Below are positions 27,363 through 38,812 of a stretch of 64,000 nucleotides of DNA, one piece after another. Below the pieces are notes generated by a model, which did no database searches, was not told where the DNA came from, and saw only the letters and a list, made by a program, of their open reading frames with translations. A program made the position numbers and the translations under genes. The stretch is taken from assembly GCF_006345805.1 (NCBI RefSeq), contig NC_043013.1, positions 42,594,001-42,658,000 on the forward strand, given 5' to 3'. The DNA is from Octopus sinensis. Taxonomy: Eukaryota. Positions within the stretch are counted from its first letter, which is position 1. Each line of letters opens with the position of its first letter.

Positions 27363-28519
27363 ACTACTGCTACTACACACACACACACACACACATACAT
27401 AATTACAAACTTAGAATATATATTAACACACAGTGCAAAACTTGGTCTCCTCTCCCTTCTGTTTTCCACATTTACTTCAATGGAAACAAATGAGAGAAGA
27501 AAGGGTTGGTGGGAGAGGGGGAATAGAATGAACAACAAACAAGAAAAATAAAAGAAAAAAGTAATAAAATAAAATAAAAAATATTATAAAAAAGAAAATA
27601 AAACAAAAAATAACAGAAAAATTATATAAAACAAAGGGTAAAATAGCAGAGGAATTGAGGTGCAAAAAAAAGCCAAACATATTTTGAAAGGTTCTAGTTG
27701 AAAATCTTGTACCTAAAATGCAAGGAGTTAAAACTAGTATCTCCTGGCAGAGATAGGGGGCACTGGAATAAAATATACACACCAATAAACTGGCAAGCCA
27801 CTGCAAATAGCATTATGTCCAGAATATAATAGAAACAGTACTTACAACTTGGTTTCCTTAATTCTGAGGGGATAGAGAAAACGATAGAGAGACAGATAGG
27901 GAGAAAGATGTATAGACAGAGATAAAGTGATGGAGAGAAAGAGAGAAAGAGACAGAGAGAGAAAGGGACAGAGAGAGAAAGGGACAGACAAAGAGACACA
28001 AACACAGACAGACAGGCAGAGAGATAGGAAGAGATAGCATAGTAGAATAGAAAGAAAGTGCTACCAATAGATGAGAAAGTGAAATAGACAATTAAGAGGA
28101 AGGAGAGAGAGAGAGCTGAAGAGGCTGAGAAATAAAAGAAATAAAAAATTAAAAACTCAAATCAAAATATTCACACATGGAATACGTATGTATGCCAATA
28201 TTTTCCACACATGTAAATATTTATAAATATGCCAACATCTGCAGCTACATGTTCACATATATATATAACCATACAAGCATACACACACAACCACACATAT
28301 ATTACATACATACACTACATACATGCATAACACACACACACACACACACATACACTGATACTATTATTTTCTTATACACAGATATTTATAAAACATAAAT
28401 GGGGCATTTTAAAACAAGGTGAAAAAAAATAGAATTTACAGAATTTTCCTTTTTTTCCCCTCAAAACCAAATATTCTTCAGGTAACAAAAAATTTTTTAA
28501 AATAAAAGAAAAACATTTA

Positions 28520-28742
28520 CAGTAATCCCTCGACTATCACGGGTGTCACATTCCAAAACCCCCTGTGATAGGTGAAAATCTGCAAAGTAGAAACAATACT
28601 GCACTATACAATTTTTTTTTAAATCATTTTTATAATTCATATATATTTTATTATAAATGCAAAACAACACCAGAGAGGAATTGACGTAAGCTTAAATAAT
28701 AAAACCATAATAGGTGAACTGTGATATGGCGAAGGATTACTT
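28520..28742. mobile_element. pogo/Tigger-like MITE
   Basis: TA-CAGTAATCCCTCG ... CGAAGGATTACTT-TA. Confidence 0.7.
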
Positions 28743-29358
28743 TACTGTTATTGGTTTCGGCCAGAATCTGTGACCATGTTGGGGAATCATTTCCTTTGTT
28801 TAGACATAAAGCCAGTGATTTTGGGAAAAGGAGATTAGTTGAGTACTGACCCTCAGTACTTGGCTGGTTAGGGTTATATGATATTGAGCCTCCACCTTCC
28901 AGCTAAGAGTACTTGGTCTAGTGGTGAGAGTGTTGTGCTCACAATCACAAGACCATAGTTTCAATCCCTGTGTTGTGTGTGTTATGTTTTTGAGCAAAAC
29001 ATTCCATGCCGATCTGCAATCACTTTGACATCTGACGTGTGGTACACAGTGCACCTGTTCAGGTAACATCGACTTGATGGAGAGGAAGTGAGCTAATGCA
29101 CAGCACGTACATTTGATCGCTATAAACAAATCATTTGTGCAAGTCGTTCAGCCAGTAATTGCGAAAACCATCTTTCTCGGACTACGAGACACCAATATCA
29201 TACTGACTCCCAAACGGATGCAAGACAAAGTTAACCTTGACAGCATTTAAACTCAAAATATAAAGAGTCATAATGGTAATTTATTACAGAATTCTACTTG
29301 CTTGGCAAATAACTATGACTTCTACAATAATACTATTTACACCTTCAATGCATTACAT

Positions 29359-30296
29359 CAGTGATTCTCAACTGGGATCTATATGGCCCTTGTGGATGCA
29401 TGTGGCCCTTGGAGATTCATATAAGATTTCGTTGTTAAAATTTATGTGTAATAAATTGGTTATCAAGAAATCCTCTTGCGAGCGTGACCTAGGCATCACT
29501 GTCAGCAGTGATTTGCGTTGGTCAAAGCATATCTCTAAGATTGTCAGGAAGGCCGAGGGTGTCTTGGCATCACTCAGCAGGTCTTTTGTTAGCCGCTCTC
29601 CAGCCATCTATTTAAAACTGTATACAGCTATGGTACGACCACACTTGGAATTCGCATCATCAGTTTGGAACCCCTATCTTGCACAGAACATTGACCTCCT
29701 GGAATCTGTCCAGAGACGTGCAACCAAACGCATACCCTCCATCAGACACCTACCATATTCTGAGCGCCTTGTTTCCCTGGGCATGGATTCACTGAAGCTC
29801 CGGCGTTTGGCGACGGACTTGGTAAACACCCACAAAGTTATCAACCACCTCACCAACAACAACACTGAACACCTTTTTGATCTCCATGTGTCTAACACAC
29901 GTGGACATGCCTACAAAGTCAGAAAACAATACAGCTCCCATGACTTTCGGAAACATTTTTTCACGCTCAGAGTTGCTGAAGCATGGAATAAACTGCCTGC
30001 GTCAGTTGTTGACTGCCATGACACTGCATCTTTTAAGGCCCTCATGCTTTCCGAAATCCGCCGAAACTACACCTGATTATATATACACTTTAGATGAGTT
30101 GTAGTGCACCTGAGCACTGTACACAATTATTATTATTATTATTATTATTATTATGCTTCTACAACACACAAAATATTTTAGCAATTATTTTTATACAATT
30201 CCTAATATTTGGTTATAAATGAATGGCTATGAAGGTCCACCTGGGTAAAATAGCAATCGCAGAGATCCATAGACAAGAGATGGTTGAGAGCTACTG
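29359..30296. mobile_element. hAT-type MITE interrupted by the CR1 LINE
   Basis: TIR CAGTGATTCTCAAC...GTTGAGAGCTACTG; 8-bp TSD CATTACAT/CATTATAT; the two halves are collinear with the copy at 47642-47894. Confidence 0.8.
29461..30153 (+). mobile_element. 5'-truncated CR1/L2-type LINE (ORF2 C-terminus, 3' UTR, (TTA)n tail)
   Basis: ERDLGITVSSDL...LYTAMVRPHLEFASSVWNPY...LESVQRRATK...FFTLRV..WNKLP uninterrupted to stop 30076; (ATT)n tail to ~30153. Confidence 0.93.
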
Positions 30297-32046
30297 CATT
30301 ATATGAATGAACTAAGAGAAACATCATCCTTCCAGGTAGCTTACTCCCAGTTTAAATGGTTCATGTAATATATCATAGTTATTTAAGTACAATATTATTT
30401 TGACTATAATGGGACCCTAAATTGTTTGTACCTTAGAAAAAAAATCCTTTTAACATCCATGCAAAATGCTAGACTCCCACTCAGATTTCATCCTGATATT
30501 TTGTATTTCATCTCTCACATTATACACAAGGAAATAGTGTCCACTTTGTTGAAAGCATTAGGGAACAAATGTCCAGTCTGAAGGTAACTTCCTTATTCCT
30601 TCCACTAATCTCAGAAACCCTGAAAAGGGTCACAGGTGCTGGTTTCCCTACTTGTCGTTAGAAAGTAAAACAAAAAAGAAAAGAAAACAATGGCTCCAGC
30701 AAGGTTTGAACTTCTCACCATGTAGTCAATTAGCCCAACATGCTGGACCACTCTGCCATTTTCTCTCACCAACGAAATTTTAAATTATCAATGATGAGCA
30801 AAACATACAACCACACATACACACACACATATCTGCAAATATATTTGCACACACATGCATGCACACACACACAGACAGACATCTACACACAGTCATTAGT
30901 TATGTTACATAAAAGACAGTTGATACAGGATGCCAACTGACAGAAGTAATTTAGAGCAGCTGGATGAAAGAGAAACAGTATTAACACCACTAGAGAGAGA
31001 CAGAGAGATTAGGAGAAAGAGTGAGAGAGAAAGAAATCAAGAGAGAGAGAGAGAGAGAGAGAGTACATAGAAAGTAGAACAGAAAAAAACAGAGAGAGTG
31101 AGTGGGAGACACAGCATCAACGCAATAGTTCCAGACTGCTGCATTTTAACAAAGACCAAGTGATGTGAAAACCAAGCTTCACCTGCACACACATCACCTG
31201 TGCACATTACCTGTGCAACTGGATGAAGTTAACAATGAAAGATATTTAACCAATGAAATAATTGAAAAGAACATAACAGGATAATCAAGACACAAAGTAT
31301 TCGATGTCAGAATATATATATATATATATAAACCAATACCAGCATAGGAAGCTGACATAATGATGGTTACAAAAACACACTTTATACATGCATACACAGA
31401 CTTATACATGTATTTATACACTCACATACAGGCATACATATATAGGCTTATATAAGTATTCATCCACAAATACATGTACACACACATATATATACATACA
31501 TACATACATATGTGCGTGTTTGTTCATATGCACACAATTATTGGGTCCAGTACACAGCTCTTGATGAAAGCACTGCAGTTTTTCCAGTTTGTTAGCCCCA
31601 ATATTTATCAATGCTTCTGTTTATATAAATAAACTTGCACATAAAATTCCAAACAGGATAACATATTCCTACCACTTTCCTATTCAGTATGTATGTGTAT
31701 GAGTGTGAGCACGCGCGCCGGCATATGTACATATTAGGCATTACATTATACACACAAACACATTTACTGAGAATACATGCAGAGTTCTAACTACATCAAA
31801 AGTGAAACAAAAGGATCTTAATTTCTTTTTTTTTTGTTTGGTTGTCAAGCCCACATATGTTTGCTCTTTCTCTCACACACACACACACATTTTCTGGTTT
31901 ATTAACTGCAAATTATTTTAGACCCAGGCTAAATATATAAATACTTTTATAGAATCGATTGTTTCAACATATCTGCGATTACCATTGGCTTTTCACTGTT
32001 TCTCTGCCGTGGAGCTTACAGCAGTTCAGTCCAGCAATGTTTTATG

Positions 32047-32091
<45 letters not shown>

Positions 32092-32821
32092 GCATGCATA
32101 CACACTCCTAAATATATCGTATGTATGTGCGTATTTCTGCTTTTCTGCATAACTATGAACACAAACTTTAAAAGATGCACTCAATGCATAAAGACAGTGT
32201 ATAGTGTTTATTATCACAATGAAAAGCATTCATAGTAAATTGGACGTTTCACCAGTCGTTGGCCAATATATTGACCATGGCAGAACATTGTGACATTGTG
32301 GCCACGAGCAAAGCAATTCATTTCACATTGATTCAGGCCACTCAGCAATAGATGACCACCAGTGACCCATTCACAAGGTGTCGGATATTCAGTTGTTTCA
32401 ATGCTCCAAACAGCTTAAAGGACCTCAGGGTTCACAACAGACTAACTTTTATTCTAAAATGTGCATGTACGTGGATACACACATGTGCATATATGTATGT
32501 GCATGCATGTGTACGTGTGTATGTAAACATATGTATATGCCTGACACCATAGACTTATATACATTCACTAACCGGATAGAAACAGCAGCAAAATCTTCCC
32601 CCACCATCTCGCTCAAATGCCTTAAATGCCAATGTAGTTCTTGATATACAAAAAATAATGGGGATGGTCATAGCTGGAACACTTTTGATCCTAAGTCTCT
32701 TCAATCAAGGACTTACACAAATAACAATCAACATCAACGTTTACATTATACTAACAACTAAAAAAGAAAAATTTTAAAGGAAAAGATAAATCATGATACC
32801 ATCACCATCACTACTACTCAC

Positions 32822-32948
32822 CAAACAGGGTCTGTCGACTGCTCTTATCTCCATCTATGAGAGCAGAGGCCACCCAGGCTATACCAAACACCAGGATTCC
32901 TAAAATGATCAGCACTACTGCAGTCTCGTAGACTCGGCCCATGATTCC
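32822..32948 (-). CDS. LMBR1: LMBR1 coding exon 6 (GIMGRVYETAVVLIILGILVFGIAWVASALIDGDKSSRQTLF)
   Basis: 127 nt, tttcag/gtgagt; G..WVASALID motif; read manually, not in the ORF track. Confidence 0.96.
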
Positions 32949-33024
32949 CTGAAACATAAAATGGTTATTGCTGTGGTTACTGAGATATATGTTTGGCAGT
33001 AGATTTCAGTATAAGAGTAGTTAA

Positions 33025-33211
33025 CCTTTTAGTGTTCAGATTACTTTGTCAAATGTAACGCTTAGTTATTCACATTGCCTTGAATTAATCATGCATTATC
33101 TTGCAGCGTTGAACTGTTTTTGAATAACGTTGTAGGGAAGGTGTGAGAGACCAGATTTGGTCAGTTTAAACATAAAACAGGTAGAATATGGCCAGTTTAA
33201 ATGCTAAAGGG
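33025..33211. mobile_element. TTAA-flanked piggyBac-like MITE (related copies ~17990-18205, 23289-23503, 35392-36046, 46610-46835, 61046-61270)
   Basis: TTAA-CCTTTTAG...CTAAAGGG-TTAA; shared internal sequence among copies. Confidence 0.75.
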
Positions 33212-33441
33212 TTAAGGGTGTTTTTATTAAAGGAGTCATTGAAAGCTGTTTGGGTTTCTCCTGTGGTTGGTTGATGATAACAGACAGAAAGTTTTCACTA
33301 TGCATTCTCTACTATTTCTATATTCAATATTATTTTATTTTCACCAAGTTATAAGAATAATGGTGAAAGGGGAAGCATGTAAAGAAAAATTTGGACATAG
33401 GGAAGAGAAAGTGAAAGAGAATACAGAGAGAATGTACTGAC

Positions 33442-33545
33442 CCTCCTTGAGCCAGAAAACCCTTCCGACTCTGTGAAGAAGTAGGAGAATGGCATCAACA
33501 TGAAGAGCGCCAGGTTGGAAAGAAAGAATATCAAGTTCCATAGTT
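33442..33545 (-). CDS. LMBR1: LMBR1 coding exon 5 (ELWNLIFFLSNLALFMLMPFSYFFTESEGFSGSRR)
   Basis: 104 nt, ttgcag/gtcagt; LWNL..SNL.LF.LMPF..FF.ESEGF motif. Confidence 0.97.
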
Positions 33546-34434
33546 CTGCAAAAACAAACAAAGACAAGCAGTTAATTCACAAGGACACATCATGTATGGC
33601 TTGGTTAGCATGTAGAATTCAGGGAGCCATTGACCTGAAAATAACTTATAGTTGCTGGTGAGAGTGTGTGTGTTAAATAGTATCTGCTTATCTGTCTTAT
33701 ACAACAAATAAAAACCAGAGTCCAAGAAACTAGCAATGGTTTGTGTTGGAATAAATAAGTTTTTGCAGTGTGGAGAGATGAGAATCAAGATATTTGGATA
33801 AATTTGTGTGACATGGGAGGGAGATCACAATCAAAGCCTTTCGAGCAAAAACCCTTCATTGCACAATTTTTCTTTTCTTTCCCTTTTTTTTTTATATAGT
33901 AACATTTCCAAAAGAAAATTTAAAGAATTCAAGAATAGAAAATATTTAAAGAAAGAAATATGCAAAGAAAAACAAAATTTGTGAATATGCAGCAGAGATA
34001 TTGGGGATATTATGAGGGTATTTTTGACAAAGGACAGACAAATTTAATCAACCCAAAGAAGTAGAGAAAACAACATGTCTCTGAAAGCAAAAGATATTAG
34101 GCACCCTAGTGGACAAAGTCTTTTTTGATGATGCAATTTAGGCCCCAAGCCAGCCTCAAACAGACATATTTATGATCAAAGGCATTCCAGCCAAGTTCAT
34201 CCCATCGTTTTGTAAATTAAGAACAACATTATACAATGTCTCTTTTTTTTTTCTTGTTTTAGATAGTAGGATACAATTTATAGGCAATTTGGTTGCTATT
34301 TTTAGCAAGCTGGGTAGTTATATTGAGGCTTGGTCACTGAAGTTATTTGCTAGACTGGCTAAAGGCACCAAAAGAGCCAACTGCCAGTGTTGAATCGAGT
34401 GTTAAATCTCCCACCCAAGAATAGGAATGACTTC

Positions 34435-34835
34435 AGTTCTATATTTAAAAGATGAGGAATTATGTACATTATTTACAATTGACGGATATTTGTCCTCATC
34501 TTGTTTGTTGTTAACACAACGTTTCGGCTGATATACCCTCCAGCCTTCATCAGGTGTCTTGGGGAAATTTCAAACCTGGGTTCTCATGCCTAAGGTATTT
34601 TTCGATATTATTATTATTATTCAGGTTGCTGCCTGGAATCGAACTCGGGATCTTGGGGTTAGCAGCCTGCGCTCTTAACCACTATGCTATATGCCCAACA
34701 TTGAAAAATACCTTAGGAATGAGAACCCAGGTTCGAAATTTCCACAAGACACCTGAGGAAGACTGGAGGGTTGTGTTAACAACAAACAAGATGAGGACAA
34801 ATATCCGTTAATTGTAAATAATGTAAATAATGTAC
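34435..34835 (-). mobile_element. Composite non-autonomous retroelement: tRNA-derived head + (TAA)n + hammerhead-bearing body + inverted partial copy of the body
   Basis: 10-bp TSD GAATGACTTC (34425-34434 and 34836-34845); inverted arms ~34464-34609 and ~34697-34835; tRNA-like segment 34696-34622 with A box TAGCATAGTGG and B box GAGTTCGATTCC. Confidence 0.85.
34513..34558 (-). ncRNA. Minimal hammerhead ribozyme motif
   Basis: GACAC-CTGATGA-A-GGCTG(gagggtatat)CAGCC-GAAACGTT-GTGTT: helices I and II pair, helix III reduced to palindrome AACGTT; extra A after the core and GUU site are non-canonical. Confidence 0.65.
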
Positions 34836-35106
34836 GAATGACTTCTTTTGATGAACTTCCACACAGTATATGTCTACCAAATTCCACACATGAAGCCATT
34901 GGTCAACTTGAGTATTTAACAAAAGGCTATCATCTACTGTATCACAAAGGCCACCAAACCCAAAACCATCCATTTGTAGAATAAACTTCTTAACCACATA
35001 GTTATGCCACCACTACCACCACCACCATCACAACAACAACCACCACCATCTCTGCAAACTCCCAAGGAGATTAAAACAATGACAAATAACATGATAATCA
35101 GCTTAC

Positions 35107-35246
35107 CGTGAATTAAAGAACTGTTGAGCCACTTCACGTAGTAACTGTCGGGATAAAGTAACAGGACTTCGTTACTGACTATAGAAATAGGTAGCAGCAA
35201 GACAGCACCTAAGGATATGGCTAAGGTAAGGGTGCACAGCAAAAGT
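35107..35246 (-). CDS. LMBR1: LMBR1 coding exon 4 (LLLCTLTLAISLGAVLLLPISIVSNEVLLLYPDSYYVKWLNSSLIH)
   Basis: 140 nt, ttccag/gtaagc; family hallmark GAVLLLPxSIxSNE...YYxxWLNxSLIH; visible in ORF 34934..35320. Confidence 0.97.
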
Positions 35247-37419
35247 CTGGAAGAATAAAACAAAAAGGCATCAGAGAGAGAGAGAGAGAGAGAAAGTGAA
35301 GAAGAAAGATGAGGAGGCAAGACAATGTAGAAGCAAGTAAAAGGATAGAATGAGAAGGAAGGAAGATAATCAAGGTGTTAATACTTCAACATTTAACCCA
35401 GCCATGTCCAGTCAAAGTATTCTACCCGTTTCATGATCAAACTGGCCAGATCTGGCCTCTCACACCAACACTACAATGTCGTTCTAAAAATTAACAGTTA
35501 CCTCTTCAAAATCTCAAAGCTACAACATAATGCATGATTGATACGAAACAATGAAACTCAAAAAATTGTGCTAGTGGAGTGCTAAGAGCACCATCCGAGC
35601 GCGATCGCTGCCAGAGCGGCTAACTGGCTTCCGTGCCGGTGGCATGTATAGAAAGCACCATTAAAGTGTAATCGTTACCAGCATCGCCTTACTGGCACTT
35701 GTGCTGGTGGCACATGAAAAAACATTCGAGTAAGGTCGTTGCCAGTGACACTGGACTGGCTCCTGTGCTGGTACCACATAAAATACACCATTTGAGCATG
35801 GCCGTTGTCAGTACCGCCTGACTGGCCTTTGTGCCAGTGGCACATAAAAGCACCCACTACACTCTTGGAGTGGTTGGCGTTAGGAAGGGTATCCAGCTGT
35901 AGAAACTCTGCCAAATCAAGATTGGAGCCTGGTGCAGCCATCTGGTTCACCAGTCCTCAGTCAAATCGTCCAACCCATGCCAGCATGGAAAGCAGACATT
36001 AAATGATGATACTTCTGACTGTATAATGTGAATGCTAAAGAGTTAAATCAGGGGTTTTAACCCTTCAATAAGAGAACAGCTCTGAAGCCCTCACTTCCTC
36101 AATGCTGGGTTTTATTTCTTTTTAATTTTTTTGTTTTGTGCACCATCTTTCCTTCCAGCTTCAAATACGTCAAACATCAAAAGATTGGGTGCCATTGTTT
36201 TCGTTTATTTGTTTGCTTAATTTATTGAATGATTGTTTGACTGACTGTCACCCTGGAATTTCAGAAACTATTGGATCTAAGAAATCCTCAGTTTTTATCA
36301 AAACACTTTAAAAAAAAACCCCCACTAACTTACAGGGACACAAACAAATCAACACTGTTTGTCAAGCACTGGCAGAGAAGAACATACACAAAGATGTACA
36401 CCCATACACATATGACAAGTTTCTATTAGTTTCCATCTACTAAATCCATTCACAAGGCATTGGTAAGACCAAGAGCTATAATAGAAGACACCTGCCCAAG
36501 GTGCAGCACGGTGGGACTGAACCCAAAACTACATGGTTATAAGGCAACTTTCTTAACCACACAGCCATGCCTCTGCTTACATCTATGTTTCTACTGAGTA
36601 CTTGACTGCACTGAACAAGCAGTTAGAGCAATTCTCCAAAATAAGAGACGTGGTGGAAGTATCCTAGGTCGCTTAACTTGACTTGTTACCATTTCTATAA
36701 AGTTCAGACATAGTAAAAGTACCAGAGCAGATCTCAGACAAATAGAAGGATGGAAAGATACCCTCAATCACATTAGATATTTAAAAACATTTTCATATAC
36801 TTTACTGTATGTATATGTGTGCATTTTTTTTATAGTTTTTCTTTTTACTTGTTGCATGTGGCCTAGTAGTTAGGCTGTTGCATTCACAACCACTAGATTG
36901 TGGGTTTGATTCCAAGACCAGGCAGCACATTGAGTTCTTGAGCAAAACACTTCATTTCACATTGCTCCAGTCCCACTTTTGACCAGAGGAGGATGGGGAG
37001 GGGGAATGTTGGCATGCTCACTTAGCCAGCAGTGTGGTGTTATTTAATGCCTAAAACGATGCAAAGTGCATTGTGACCAGTGATGTATAACAACATCTGA
37101 TAGTCTGGTTTGGTCATTCACATGATCACATGATATACCAATTAAAAATGGTTAAATCAAAACAAGCTTTAAAAAAAATGTAAACAATTTCCTTACATTT
37201 TCTAGATACACAAACTCAGATGTTGCTGTAACCATACCCCTTTCAACTGGCACCTCACATCTACCCAGGGAGATGTTGACCTACTATTTACAGTATGGGG
37301 AAGACGCATTGTAATAAAGTTACTCTTCAATTTTGACTGTATGTTTGTGTATAGATGTCTACGGAAGTGGGTGTGTTCTTTTAGACACAAATAAACCAAT
37401 ACATGCAAATGAGGTCGCG

Positions 37420-37716
37420 TACACATAGACTGACACACACCACCCAACACACAGACTATACATACATCCAGACTTATACACACACACATTCAGACTCACA
37501 CATACACACACATACATACATACATAGAGACACACATTCAGACTCATACATACACACACACACACACAACGACACACATTCAGACACACAAAGACACATA
37601 CATTCAGACACACACACACACACACATTCAGACTCATACATACAGACACACACAGAGACACATATACACACACATTCATTCATTCACATGTACACACTCA
37701 CTCACACACATACACA
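37420..37716. repeat. Degenerate (CA)-rich array with recurring CACATTCAGAC units
   Basis: Direct inspection. Confidence 0.85.
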
Positions 37717-37756
37717 CTATGTGACAAGAGAACAAAAGATAACCATGGCTACTTAC

Positions 37757-37787
37757 GAGATCTTGTAAACATAAACATCTTCATCAC
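37757..37787 (-). CDS. LMBR1: LMBR1 coding exon 3, 31 nt (GDEDVYVYKIS)
   Basis: caacag acceptor, TC|gtaagt donor; equivalent to the DEDAIVNRIS motif; phase 1->2 fits both neighbours. Confidence 0.9.
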
Positions 37788-38590
37788 CTGTTGGATGAAA
37801 CGAAAGGAATGTGTAAAGCATAAACAGCACAAACAATACTTTATTCTAAAACATTTGACATCAGCAGTGTTTTCATATAACATAGTGCAGCTACACTAAT
37901 AATTAATATATATATATAAAATATAAAAATATAAAAGTTATTTAATGGCTTTACACTTGTGTTAGGTCTAGACTGCTTACTGTATATGCCACATTAAGAA
38001 GTAAGGATATTTCAGTAATATGCTTCAGTTGAATTCTAACAGTTTATAAAACATTTTGACTTGCTCCCTTTCAAATCTGGCCTACTTAATTTGCACATTC
38101 TTTACATAATTGTGGAGAAAAACATCCAAAGTTGTAGAAGAAAACCCAATGCACTGATATTTTATACTCTTCAGTTGTTATTAAGAATTACGTTTAGTTT
38201 TAAGAGACTTGAAACCTGAAAAACAAAATTCCTTTTCCTTAACCCTTTCAATACCAGCCTGGCTGAAACCACCTCTGGCTCTGTAGTACAAATGTCTTGT
38301 TTTTATAAGTTTTGAATTAAAATCTTCCTCCAAACCTTAGTCACTAGCTTAATGATGTGCAGATTTAATATAGACAAAAACCGAATGCATTGCAAACGAC
38401 AGGATCAAAATGTTGGCAGATGTATGCAGGAGAGATGGTACATGAATATAATGCATGTTCAATGAAAAATTTCTGTGAATTGATTGCAGAAGATAATGAT
38501 GGAACAAATGTAAATAAGAGCTAGCAAACTGAGGCAGCAGCAGAGAACATTTGGTTAGTTATTAGGCATCACTGAGGAGATTAAGATTAA

Positions 38591-38812
38591 CCCTTTCAAT
38601 ACCAACCCAGCTGAAACCAGCTCTGGCTCTGTAGTACAAATGTCTTGTTTTCATAAATTTTGAATTAAAATCTTTCATCAGACTTTAGTCACAATTTATT
38701 TTCCTAACACTAGCTTAATGATAACTAAGTTATTTTACTAAATTCTTTGTTATTTACAAAATTAATTGAACGATACACAGAGCATCTCAAAATGAATATG
38801 GCAATGAAAGGG
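38591..38812. mobile_element. Second TTAA-flanked MITE family (partial copy from 38238; relatives ~16780-17003, 18709-19205, 21310-21445)
   Basis: TTAA-CCCTTTCAATACC...GCAATGAAAGGG-TTAA. Confidence 0.75.

Noticed and set aside
34622-34696. Possible tRNA gene (GCT anticodon-like loop)
   Set aside because: Acceptor stem does not pair, no long variable arm, and it lies inside a TSD-bounded element, so it is a SINE head. The tRNA-like heads at 23576, 42136 and 62655 are likewise SINE heads
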